Virus record (IMG/VR): IMGVR_UViG_3300031539_000013
Source of the DNA: a virus
Reading direction: 5' to 3' (one strand)
DNA: 64,000 nucleotides
Part shown: piece after piece, positions 8,454-18,017 of the stretch
Layout of the letters: every line of letters begins with the position of its first letter
Position numbering within the stretch: the first letter of the stretch is position 1
The notes under the pieces: generated by a model
Database searches by the model: none
The model's input: only the letters and a program-made list of their open reading frames with translations
What the model was told of the DNA's origin: nothing
Position numbers and translations under genes: made by a program

Positions 8454-9968
8454 TCATACTGCTAATTTAAAAGCTATATTAAAAGCATTAAGTTTTGTGT
8501 TTGCACTTAATCCTGTCTCTCCAATCACTATATCTATCCAACTTATAGGAGGGTCAATCTCTGCATTGAGATTAGCTATATTGGTATTGATTGCATCAAG
8601 TAAATCCTGACCAACCAATTCATCTGTTATTATAGTTATCGAAGCTGCACCTGCAACAAGGCCATTAAGAATAGCAAAATTATCATTCAATGCTTTTAAA
8701 TAGCCCACAGAGCTTAACCCATTTGTTAAACTCAATATTTCACTCTCATAATAAGCAAATCCAAAAAACCCAGTGCCAACCAAACCAGTGCTTCTCCAAA
8801 GTAAATCTCCTGTTGCTACATCAAAACAAGCCACACTCGAATTAGCTGCTTCATGTACTAACAAAACATCTTCTTCTGCTAAATTTGAAACGACCATTGG
8901 AGTTGAATCCCATGCTCCATTTGTAAGATATGTTCTTACTAAAGCAAGTGTTTCAATATCGAAAGCCACAACTGCATCATTCGCACCGGAACGAACTATA
9001 TAAGTTATCCCATCATGAACAACAACTCCCTGCGTTCCCGTATCTGGAAGTTCTGATACAAGAGTAATCGTTTCGTCTAAAGCACTTAAAGCAGCATCAG
9101 GGGCTTGCTGATTATTTAACTGTGTAGTTCCAAATGGACTCCATTCTGTTTTCGTCCCTGTACCAAGTTGCACTACTAAAGCAGTTGTTATATCTACAAC
9201 TGCTGCTGTTATCCATCTTCCATAACTTAGAGCAGGTTGACCACAAGAACCAACTTTTTTGCCTAAAGTATCATACTTCTTTTCTAATGCTCCCGTTGCT
9301 GCATCAAGTATATAAATCTCATAATTCTGAAGAGGATCGTCACCGCCTCCATCTGTTTCTGCAATTATATGACCATTACAATAAACGACTTGCGTTATTG
9401 CCCTGCTGTTTGCCTGATACATAGCCTCTGCATCAACTTCATAAGTCCATTCCACTGAACCATCTGTCACATCATAAGCTATCACCCTACAATCTTCCGC
9501 ATGACCTATGTACCAATCATAATTTTGCTGATAATCATAGGCATCCCCCGTGCCTGTATAAACAAAGCCATCGGCATAAGCAATTACGTTTTTATGATCT
9601 GTATTAAGTCCATTTACCTCCCATACCAAATTAAGATCAGCATCATAAACTTTTATTGCTCCACCATAAGCAATGTTATCCCAATAATGGCAAACAATAA
9701 AATAGCCATATCCATCATTTACAAGTATAGTATTTCCCCATACACTGAATCTGCTTCCCGTAACAGTAACAAAATCCAAAACAGCCCCATTTATAGCATT
9801 AAGTTTATAAAGTTTAAAATATGATTGATAATAAATAAATCCCTGCGCCTGATCAACGGCAGGAGTGCATCCATGTGTTTCCGCAAAATGCCAAAGCTCT
9901 GCACCTGTTTCAAGACTTAAACAATGAAGTCCGTCATCTGCTCTTGTAAGTATGTGTTTCTCAGCCAT
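8454..9968 (-). CDS. PQQ/BamB-like beta-propeller repeat protein; tail-associated by position
   Basis: 504 aa with recurring G(A/D/S)xxW blade motifs (TGAELWHF, LNLVWEVNG, DGSVEWTYEV, TGDLLWRSTG) and a non-repeat C-terminal region of about 100 aa. Confidence 0.6.
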   Translation of the reverse strand: MAEKHILTRADDGLHCLSLETGAELWHFAETHGCTPAVDQAQGFIYYQSYFKLYKLNAINGAVLDFVTVTGSRFSVWGNTILVNDGYGYFIVCHYWDNIAYGGAIKVYDADLNLVWEVNGLNTDHKNVIAYADGFVYTGTGDAYDYQQNYDWYIGHAEDCRVIAYDVTDGSVEWTYEVDAEAMYQANSRAITQVVYCNGHIIAETDGGGDDPLQNYEIYILDAATGALEKKYDTLGKKVGSCGQPALSYGRWITAAVVDITTALVVQLGTGTKTEWSPFGTTQLNNQQAPDAALSALDETITLVSELPDTGTQGVVVHDGITYIVRSGANDAVVAFDIETLALVRTYLTNGAWDSTPMVVSNLAEEDVLLVHEAANSSVACFDVATGDLLWRSTGLVGTGFFGFAYYESEILSLTNGLSSVGYLKALNDNFAILNGLVAGAASITIITDELVGQDLLDAINTNIANLNAEIDPPISWIDIVIGETGLSANTKLNAFNIAFKLAV

Positions 9969-11317
9969 TATAAAGCGTATAAAGCAATTCTCTTAATATA
10001 TCCATCCATCGGATATTTTCCTGTATTTGTCGAACATCCTAACATTAAAGCATAATTGTCATCGGGATAAGTGGCTGCCGCATTAAAATAGATCATTGGT
10101 ATATCCACTCCATCTTTTGTCGCTGTAATTACTATTGTAGTGTAATTTGCAGTAACTTCCATATTAAATTCTTCTCCATAAACATAAAATTCAGGAGTAC
10201 TTAATGCACTTTGTATTGAACTCACCCCGAAAGTATGCGTAAAGTATAAATGCTTTAGATTTCCAGCATCTCCTTCTCTTATTCGGAAAAACCCATTTTC
10301 TTGAAGAGTTCCCTTTTTTATCAATGATGAATTAGTATAGGGTATTTGTGAATCTATCCTACCAACACATTCCACTTTGACAATATTATTATTATTCGGT
10401 AAAGAAGAATTATCACTTATCAAACCACAATAATCACCCCCATCTAAATTAACAGTTCTCCAACGTATTCCATTAACCGTATATTCAGGTCTGGAATCAA
10501 CTCCTGTTATGTAAGCATTAACAGAATTAGCAATCCTTCCGGGGGCTAAGTTATACCACTTAGCAACCACATTCTTATCACCCAAACCGTAATCAACAAC
10601 ATTTATCTTAATACCACATTTCCAATGATACGCATCCCATAGTGATGCAATATTTCCTGTATCAATTAATCTCTGGTATTCAATTTCAAGCGATAATCTT
10701 TTTACTATTACTCCACCATCAGCAAGTACAGCAGTCTGGTAGGTATCAGCATAATCTAATGCTGCTGTACTTATTTCTGGCCATTCTGACTGCGCCCCTG
10801 CACGATTGCCTTTAATAACGCCTCTCTCATCAAGCAACCCTGACCAGAACTGTGAAAGCTCAAAATAAGAGTATAAATTAGTTAATTCTGCCTCTGACAA
10901 AGTAACCCCGCTTTTAAGAATCCCTATAAACCGAATATGATATGGTGTGGAATTATCATACTTAACTATTGTCCTTGAAAAGTCATATCCTACAAGTTCA
11001 CTCACCTCTACATCTCTTACTATCCCATTTCTGTTAAACCACAAATAATCAGTATCATCAGCCTTTAGTGTTTCATTATCGGGTATCTGAAAGGTAGCCT
11101 CTGAAGTATATGGAATATAATCGCCTGAAAAGTCTTTACCAGTAATAGCAATATCATAACCATTAGATGTAATATCTTCAAGGTTATCACCACTTAATCC
11201 TCCAATATAAAAGAAGTCAAATCGTGCCGCCCAGAAACTACTCCACGAAAAGCCTGACCTCAAAGCTGTCCTGAATGGCTCTCTTAGTGGGATGCTATGT
11301 CTCATCTGTGATCTCAT
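9968..11317 (-). CDS. hypothetical tail protein with a LamG/concanavalin-like C terminus
   Basis: 449 aa. The C-terminal ...GKYPMDGYIKRIALYAL resembles the F.G.ID.V.IY..AL ending of LamG-type domains. TAATG overlap at 9968. Confidence 0.55.
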   Translation of the reverse strand: MRSQMRHSIPLREPFRTALRSGFSWSSFWAARFDFFYIGGLSGDNLEDITSNGYDIAITGKDFSGDYIPYTSEATFQIPDNETLKADDTDYLWFNRNGIVRDVEVSELVGYDFSRTIVKYDNSTPYHIRFIGILKSGVTLSEAELTNLYSYFELSQFWSGLLDERGVIKGNRAGAQSEWPEISTAALDYADTYQTAVLADGGVIVKRLSLEIEYQRLIDTGNIASLWDAYHWKCGIKINVVDYGLGDKNVVAKWYNLAPGRIANSVNAYITGVDSRPEYTVNGIRWRTVNLDGGDYCGLISDNSSLPNNNNIVKVECVGRIDSQIPYTNSSLIKKGTLQENGFFRIREGDAGNLKHLYFTHTFGVSSIQSALSTPEFYVYGEEFNMEVTANYTTIVITATKDGVDIPMIYFNAAATYPDDNYALMLGCSTNTGKYPMDGYIKRIALYAL

Positions 11318-11326
11318 AGCAAGGGG

Positions 11327-11863
11327 TTATTGTCTGTATGCGCCAAAAACATCAATCACATATCCTGCGGCAACATTAAGTGCGTAGAGAGTACTTAAAT
11401 CATCAACTTCATAAGCCACGGATTCCCCCGGTGCTAATTCACCACTCCCTGCGGCTAACCCTACTGGCCCAATATAAACATTCCCCGCATTTGTAGAAAG
11501 TGCTTTTATTGTAACATAGCCGGGATAAACATAATTGGCGACATGAGTTTCTACGTCAGGCGTTAGTCTTGCTGAAAAAGGAGTATTAGGATAATCCGAG
11601 TTCGCCTTTAGACTTGACATCAGATACGATAATGCTGGCGCGGTGTGGGAATTGAACTCATAGACAAATTCGAGGGCAGTAGTGTAAGTCACCCCGTTGA
11701 GGGTTGCTCCGGCTACCTTAAATGGAGGACAGATAGTGAGGTCTTTCTGGTTGATGTGACGGATGCCTATGGTGTCTCCTTTGCAATAGGCTTCAAAATC
11801 GAGACTATACCTGTCTGTCCCGTTGATCAAGATGTGCGCATCGGCAATTACTATTGTTATCAT
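11327..11863 (-). CDS. hypothetical virion protein (178 aa); first gene after the terminator
   Basis: Track ORF, preceded by a 138-bp spacer that holds a strong hairpin terminator. Confidence 0.6.
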   Translation of the reverse strand: MITIVIADAHILINGTDRYSLDFEAYCKGDTIGIRHINQKDLTICPPFKVAGATLNGVTYTTALEFVYEFNSHTAPALSYLMSSLKANSDYPNTPFSARLTPDVETHVANYVYPGYVTIKALSTNAGNVYIGPVGLAAGSGELAPGESVAYEVDDLSTLYALNVAAGYVIDVFGAYRQ

Positions 11864-11924
11864 AACGATATGTTTTACTGGTTAACAACAAACGAACTAC
11901 AATAATTTGGAAGTAAAGTTAGAC

Positions 11925-11969
11925 AATAAAAACAAAAAATAAGGGATTCTAATTAAAAAATCCCTTATT
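11925..11969 (-). terminator. rho-independent terminator after the head-gene block
   Basis: Perfect 10-bp inverted repeat AATAAGGGAT (11938-11947) / ATCCCTTATT (11960-11969). On the minus strand it is followed by TTTTTTGTTTTT. Confidence 0.6.
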
Positions 11970-12001
11970 GACATAGTATGGGCAGGATGAAAAAAGAATC
12001 G

Positions 12002-12907
12002 TTATTCGTCAATATTGGTGTCTTGACCACCTTTGCCTGCTTTCGGGTTCTTGGCAAGGAGGGCAGCCATAAGGTCTTTTCTGAACCCCTCATCACCCTT
12101 GTAGATGTCATATAAAACATCATGAGCACTTCGGGTAGGAGGGATATTGCATATATGTTCAGTCTTTCCTTCGGGTGTCTTCCATGCCCACTCCTTCGGT
12201 CCCGAGACAATAAGCCCCATGTCAACAGCCTTTTGTATAGACTCTCTGGCTTTCAACTCCTCATCGGCATTGACCATATCAAAGAACTTCTCAGGTCCAT
12301 CCTTTGACTTGTGTACTTTGCCATCAAGGATAATCCTCACCTGGGAAATCGTTAGATCATCAACACCCCTCACAAAATAGGCTTTTGCTACCAGACGGAG
12401 TCTTTCTTCCGATAAGCCCGTCTCTTTGTTATAAAGGAGTGTAGCAAGTTTATTATCAGTTTCTCTCTTTTCAGCCTTCTTTTCAGCTTCAGAGACAAGG
12501 TCTTCGAAGACAAACTTAACTCTCCTGCCCTCATTATCCCCCTCCTGACAAAAAGAAGATTTTCTCAAAAGGAAAAATATCAGTTCAATATCGGTGCGTT
12601 CCAGATACCGAGCACCATTATACCTGAATTTTTTAGGAAGGTACTGTTTCCTTCCAAGGTCATCCGCTACTACCTGTTCTGCATATCTCCATACCTCGAC
12701 ACCATCGTTTGTCTTAACGGTTCCCTTTAGATCAAAAGAGATAGAGTTAGGTTTATCGGGGAGGACGTTGTGTTTCAGTCGGCTTTTTACAATACGTTCT
12801 GAGGGATACACAACTTTAACAGGGAATTTGCCGTGAAAATGCTTCTCAATTGAAGCTACATCTGCTTTACTTAGCCTGATAGGCCCGTCATCATTCTTGT
12901 ATAACAT
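12002..12907 (-). CDS. hypothetical protein (301 aa) immediately downstream of the capsid gene
   Basis: Track ORF. Lys/Glu-rich central segment. A head-associated role is inferred from position only. Confidence 0.55.
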   Translation of the reverse strand: MLYKNDDGPIRLSKADVASIEKHFHGKFPVKVVYPSERIVKSRLKHNVLPDKPNSISFDLKGTVKTNDGVEVWRYAEQVVADDLGRKQYLPKKFRYNGARYLERTDIELIFFLLRKSSFCQEGDNEGRRVKFVFEDLVSEAEKKAEKRETDNKLATLLYNKETGLSEERLRLVAKAYFVRGVDDLTISQVRIILDGKVHKSKDGPEKFFDMVNADEELKARESIQKAVDMGLIVSGPKEWAWKTPEGKTEHICNIPPTRSAHDVLYDIYKGDEGFRKDLMAALLAKNPKAGKGGQDTNIDE

Positions 12908-12975
12908 AGCATATTTGGTTTTAAAGGAAATGAGAAGCCCCCTATTGGAGCCTCCCTATCCTATGATTACTTCTT

Positions 12976-14361
12976 TTAGTTTGTCTCCATGAGGATAAAC
13001 TGATTACCTCCACGGAAATGAGCCCCTACGTGGCATCTCTGATACGTGTTTCTCTTATCAAACTCAGTGACTTTTAAGCCTTCGCCGGCACCACCTACCT
13101 GCCAAACTTCCATTCTCCTGGAATATTTCCCAAGAGCACGATACCTTGTTCCTATGGAATCAACCATATTACCGGATTTAGGATCTTTCTTTCTGTTGAT
13201 TGGCATCCATACTCCAAGTGTGGGTGCATCATAACCGTCTGCTCCTGCGAGTTTCTTGTTATTGAATGATCCCAACCTTTTCATAAGGAATGTCCTTTCA
13301 GACTTGGTAAGATAAGTGAAGTTCACTGATGCACTCAACGCTTCATTGCTGTTGAACAAAACGCTGTTAGTGGCTTGTTTTGCAAAGCTGATGTTCGTAT
13401 TTGCAAAATAGGTTTTCAATGAGTCCTCAATATTCTGATGAAGCGATATCCCTAACAGCCCGAGTATGTAGTTGCCTGCGTACTCTCTGTCAAGGGTGTT
13501 GTCCATCTCATTAAACTCATCTACATCGAAGGCACCTGCAGCGTATGACTGCTCATTTCCTACTCTCCTTGTGTAAGGTATGAGACCTTCAGTTGTCTTG
13601 ATGACCCTGTTCTCATTATCGTCATCAATAACTCCTGTTATGTTAGTGGTCTGCTTACCCCACATGAGCGCACCATCAATACGAAGTGCCATGCGGTAGT
13701 CAATGTCAATTTGTCCTTTGAAATAGAACGCTGGTATGGATTGTCCTTTTGTGGTCACATCAAACCATGTCTGATTAACCATCTCCGTTCCGGTGTATCC
13801 AATGGTCTCTTTGATGATCTGTGCACAGTTGGAATATTCCCATGTCCCTGAAACGGCACCCTGCGGCTGTCCTGATCCTTCCGAAAAAGCATTGGACACT
13901 ATTACCAGTTCCTCACCTGCTGTGAGAGCGGGGAAACGGTCTGTTGACTCGTTTGGTTCAACCGTTATTTCTGGTGCTGTGGCATCTGTAGTATCATCAA
14001 TATCGACAACAATACCTGTTACCTCATTTGGGAAAAGCATCTGGTCAAATTTCCTGAGATAGAAGTTATTGTTAGCGTCAAGGTCTGTAGTGTCAAGAAC
14101 GAATACAATGGGTTCTCCCTGTGCGGGTTGTGCCACAATCTCTCTTGAATGGACGATCTCATGAATATGGTTTTCTTCGAAGTGACCATACGTGTCGTTT
14201 GCAACTGGCTTCTCAAATCCCATGGACCTAGCCAACTGGAAAAAAGAAGCTCCCTGATCCCCATATCTGCTAAAAAGCGAATTGAGGTATTCCGGCTTAT
14301 GGATATCAAAGCCTGAAACTATGTCAGAGGCATATATTTGAGCAATAGCATCTGGATTCAT
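12976..14361 (-). CDS. major capsid protein (candidate)
   Basis: 461 aa, directly downstream of the scaffold-like gene in the order terL-portal-scaffold-capsid. No signature motif could be verified by eye. Confidence 0.65.
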   Translation of the reverse strand: MNPDAIAQIYASDIVSGFDIHKPEYLNSLFSRYGDQGASFFQLARSMGFEKPVANDTYGHFEENHIHEIVHSREIVAQPAQGEPIVFVLDTTDLDANNNFYLRKFDQMLFPNEVTGIVVDIDDTTDATAPEITVEPNESTDRFPALTAGEELVIVSNAFSEGSGQPQGAVSGTWEYSNCAQIIKETIGYTGTEMVNQTWFDVTTKGQSIPAFYFKGQIDIDYRMALRIDGALMWGKQTTNITGVIDDDNENRVIKTTEGLIPYTRRVGNEQSYAAGAFDVDEFNEMDNTLDREYAGNYILGLLGISLHQNIEDSLKTYFANTNISFAKQATNSVLFNSNEALSASVNFTYLTKSERTFLMKRLGSFNNKKLAGADGYDAPTLGVWMPINRKKDPKSGNMVDSIGTRYRALGKYSRRMEVWQVGGAGEGLKVTEFDKRNTYQRCHVGAHFRGGNQFILMETN

Positions 14362-14427
14362 TTTGTTATTTTTTAGATGTTGTTAATACTATTAAAATAC
14401 ATTGCCTCTTGTGATTACTGTTTTTTG

Positions 14428-15660
14428 TTACCCGTCAAGTTCTGCCTGATATGCTTTCTCTCTTTTGACCTCATCGGACTCTGGCTCTCCCGAAAGATCG
14501 GGGGTGTCAGTGTTCTTAGATGATGGATTATGGTATGCCTTCAAGAACTCCTCGTCTGTCATACTCCGTACACGTTCTGCTACAACCTGTATGATGTCTT
14601 CAAAATAGGTTTCCTTGATCTTATAGTACATCTGAGTGCCTACTGCGGTTACATTTTCTTTATTAACTTCCATCTGGTTGCTAACAATGTAATCCATGGT
14701 GTCGCTCAGTAATGACTTTTTTGCGTCCTCTGGCAAAGCAAAGTTCACAATAGGGTCTGTTGCACCTTTGGCACGAATCGGTAATTGGGCAAATTCGCCA
14801 ATCATCGCTTCGCCTACCTTCGTCCATGCGGTCTTATGCTGAGTTTCAATCTCAGGTGTCCACTTGACTTCTCCTGCAGGAGTTTCCTCTGCAGGTGCTT
14901 CCGGCATTTTGATCTTACCTTTAAGGTCTGTGAGTTTCGCCTTTGCTTTCGCTCCCTCTGCGGTCACGCCAATAAGGTTTACCTCATAATCAGCTTTATT
15001 TTGGTCAAGCTGCTCTTGGGTGAGATCGCCAGCCTCTACCTTTTTAGGATCAATTTTTGAAGGGTCCACACTGAATTTCGTCTCGAAATATCTGCGTACC
15101 TGTGGCTCCTTCCCTGCCAATGAGGGGTTTTCAACGACATGTTGTAAGACTAATGCATCCATGGGTTCCATGTTTGCGACATCCGATACATGTAGTTTAT
15201 TAAAAACACCTGCATCTTTGATCCCCGTCTCACGTACAAACTCATTCATCATGGCAATATCATCATTTGCAAACTGATGTTTTGGCTTTGCCTTAACGAG
15301 TGCGTCAAGTTCCTGGTTCTTCTGTCTCAGAATCTCCAGTTCCTTTAGTGCTCCGGGTATATTTGCTTTTTTAACATCCTCGACTGTCTTATACTGCTCT
15401 CCGAACATCTCGTTCAGCATGGTAGTTCTGATAGCCTCTGGATTGGGTACGTCTTTTTTATCTTCGGTTTTTATGTCCTCCGGCTTTTTTTCATCCGGTG
15501 GCTTATCGTCCGGTGGTTTATCATCCGGTTTCTTTTCATCAGGAATAGTAACTTCACCTCCCTGCTTTGTAATTTGTTCTGCGATTTTTGCCGAATCGAT
15601 ACCCTCTATATTCATAAGGGCTTCTATTTCTTCATCTCTGCCATCTTGTCTTTTTGCCAT
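14428..15660 (-). CDS. scaffolding protein (candidate)
   Basis: 410 aa, highly charged. PDDKPPDDKPPDEKKPED repeat and long predicted-helical K/E-rich stretches. Lies between portal and capsid. Confidence 0.6.
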   Translation of the reverse strand: MAKRQDGRDEEIEALMNIEGIDSAKIAEQITKQGGEVTIPDEKKPDDKPPDDKPPDEKKPEDIKTEDKKDVPNPEAIRTTMLNEMFGEQYKTVEDVKKANIPGALKELEILRQKNQELDALVKAKPKHQFANDDIAMMNEFVRETGIKDAGVFNKLHVSDVANMEPMDALVLQHVVENPSLAGKEPQVRRYFETKFSVDPSKIDPKKVEAGDLTQEQLDQNKADYEVNLIGVTAEGAKAKAKLTDLKGKIKMPEAPAEETPAGEVKWTPEIETQHKTAWTKVGEAMIGEFAQLPIRAKGATDPIVNFALPEDAKKSLLSDTMDYIVSNQMEVNKENVTAVGTQMYYKIKETYFEDIIQVVAERVRSMTDEEFLKAYHNPSSKNTDTPDLSGEPESDEVKREKAYQAELDG

Positions 15661-15701
15661 AGCTTTAATTTATTTTGGTTTAACAAAGGTAAGTAAATTT
15701 A

Positions 15702-17990
15702 TTATGCTGATACTGATGCCTCACTTTTTACTGTCTCTGACACAATCCCAAGGGTGCTCTCTAATTGAAGCAGTGATTTCTTCCTTACTAGTTCTTTCTC
15801 TGCAAATTCATTATCAATCTCTTTCTTAGCCTTATAAAGCCTTATCCCCTCATTTGTTTTGTTCTTTTCTTCTGCAATAGCGTTCTTCGATTTTTGCTCA
15901 TTTCCCTTTTGTTCTCTTTCGGCATCAAGCCTCATGTTTTCTCTTTGTAGGGTAAGTTGCTTTTCTTTATTCTTTTTGCTCTTATAGTTGAGGTATGCTT
16001 CTGCATATTTTAGGTTCCCACTCTCGAGAAGTCTTTCTATCATCAGAAAATCGGGTAATTCGATACCAATAATACCATCTCTGTCGGGGTTCATGGCTTT
16101 GATTGCAGCCTCTTTAATAGCTTCTTTCCTCTTATCGGTAGGTTTAGCCTCGTATTTGATGTAATAATCAGCATCAACAACATCTGCACCTACACTTATC
16201 ACCTGCACTCCTATCCTGCCTATTACTGGCATATATCCCTTGTATGCCTCTTTATTATGCTTTATAAGCAGTTGTAGCCTGAGTGATATATTCTTTGCTG
16301 TCCTCTCTTTGAGGTTAAGATAGGCACTATAAATCGGTCTGAGAGCATTGTTTGTTGCGGCCATGGCTATCTCTGATCCTCCTACTGACTGTTCTGGGTT
16401 GGGGTCTGATGCATCTGCGATCTTATTTATCCCTGTGAGCTCCCTGATAGCATTGGTGTTGAACTCAAATAGTGTGATGAACTCGCTCAATTGACTTCCT
16501 AATCCCCCCTCTAGTTCCTGTATTGGACGTGACGTTGCGGTGTTTGGGTTCCCTACATGGGTTGTGGCTTTCCAGATAAGATTACCTGTCTGTGTCCTTA
16601 TTTTAAGAAGTTCCAATGGTTGCATTTTATTTTTCCCAATAGTCATATTACTGAGAGAAGTAAACTCAATGGCAATACCTGGAGGTGCTGCCATAGCAAT
16701 GGCATTTTGTAGTTTATAGAAGGCGAGTGCCATCTGGTCAAGGTGATTCTCCGAAAGGCTTACAAGTGACCTATAAGGCAGTTTATAGAGATGATATGAC
16801 AATTCAACTTCTTTCTTCCCCGGTCTTGGCACATCATATTGCAGTCCGAAGTCATAAGTATAGTCAGTGCCTATTATCCACTTGCATTTATAAACAACTT
16901 TGATGTCGTATTTATCTGTCTTCTTACTGTCAGAGTTGTGAACCTTCCCCCATTTCTCTTCATATAGTAATTTAGAACCATATTTTGTAGTGCGGCTAGT
17001 CATATACCTGCTGTTTACTGACATCCACTCAGCATCCATGACATCTACAAGGAACCCATCGTAATTACCTATCTGTGTCTGTTCGTTATAAGTAAATTCA
17101 TTAAGTGCCACGTTACCACCACTACCATTATAGCTTCTTGCAAGTTCCAGCAACACCGATTCTTCAATCTCCGGATTAAGTTTACGGAGGTCTGAGATAA
17201 GCACCTGTATAATCTCACCTCCATATTCCATGTTTTTATGATCCCAATGTTTTGAATATTGACCTACGAATACGGCAGGGTCAACATATCTTGCTCTTAC
17301 CTTTGAGGTGTATGGGTCAACATAGTCTTTCGTCCCTGCACAGTTTATGACACAAAAATCCCTGATAATCTTCTTCTTAATCTCTTTCCATGCTGATATG
17401 TAGAATGTGTAGTCTAGTCCCTGCTCTATCTCCGTCTCTTTTGCCAACTTAAACCCTCCTGCTCCCTCATATAGATTCAACTCCTCCATCGTCTCGGGAA
17501 CATACTCATTTGATCTGTCAACACCAAGCCCCTGTTCGATGTACTGTATGGCTTCCCTGTACTTCATGCGATATTCCATGTCTAACTTGGCATCTTCCCT
17601 CTCATCGGTGCTAGAGGGGTCAACGGCTGTGGCTATCACCTGATGATCGGTTTGCTCCATCATGCCTTCCACCACACGAAGGAATTTAGGCATAACAGAA
17701 TACACCTCCCAACTGATGTTCATATATCCGGTGAGGTCTGAACCATCTTCGCTTGCATCTAAGAGTATTTTTTGATATTTGAGGGGGCTCTGCCGGCCAT
17801 CGGCAAGAGCTCTGAGGGCTTGTATCTCTGCTACCTGACTGTATGGGATGGCTGTCCTGCCTGATTTCCATCGGGCATACATGGCTTCACACCACTTCTT
17901 ACCCCACTCTTCGGTCTTGTCCTTTGGATTTATCTGATCTCTTGGGAAGGGGTAGTTCCCAGAACCGTATTTTACAAGCGATAATGCCAT
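15702..17990 (-). CDS. portal protein (candidate)
   Basis: 762 aa, begins 27 nt downstream of terL. Size and synteny are typical of a portal. Confidence 0.7.
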   Translation of the reverse strand: MALSLVKYGSGNYPFPRDQINPKDKTEEWGKKWCEAMYARWKSGRTAIPYSQVAEIQALRALADGRQSPLKYQKILLDASEDGSDLTGYMNISWEVYSVMPKFLRVVEGMMEQTDHQVIATAVDPSSTDEREDAKLDMEYRMKYREAIQYIEQGLGVDRSNEYVPETMEELNLYEGAGGFKLAKETEIEQGLDYTFYISAWKEIKKKIIRDFCVINCAGTKDYVDPYTSKVRARYVDPAVFVGQYSKHWDHKNMEYGGEIIQVLISDLRKLNPEIEESVLLELARSYNGSGGNVALNEFTYNEQTQIGNYDGFLVDVMDAEWMSVNSRYMTSRTTKYGSKLLYEEKWGKVHNSDSKKTDKYDIKVVYKCKWIIGTDYTYDFGLQYDVPRPGKKEVELSYHLYKLPYRSLVSLSENHLDQMALAFYKLQNAIAMAAPPGIAIEFTSLSNMTIGKNKMQPLELLKIRTQTGNLIWKATTHVGNPNTATSRPIQELEGGLGSQLSEFITLFEFNTNAIRELTGINKIADASDPNPEQSVGGSEIAMAATNNALRPIYSAYLNLKERTAKNISLRLQLLIKHNKEAYKGYMPVIGRIGVQVISVGADVVDADYYIKYEAKPTDKRKEAIKEAAIKAMNPDRDGIIGIELPDFLMIERLLESGNLKYAEAYLNYKSKKNKEKQLTLQRENMRLDAEREQKGNEQKSKNAIAEEKNKTNEGIRLYKAKKEIDNEFAEKELVRKKSLLQLESTLGIVSETVKSEASVSA

Positions 17991-18017
17991 CTCTCAGAAA
18001 TATTTTGAACAAAGTTA

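Noticed and set aside
11965-12225. 86-aa alternative-frame ORF overlapping the end of the 301-aa gene
   Set aside because: It is an alternative frame of a longer coherent ORF, and its 3' end (11965) abuts the terminator hairpin (11938-11969).
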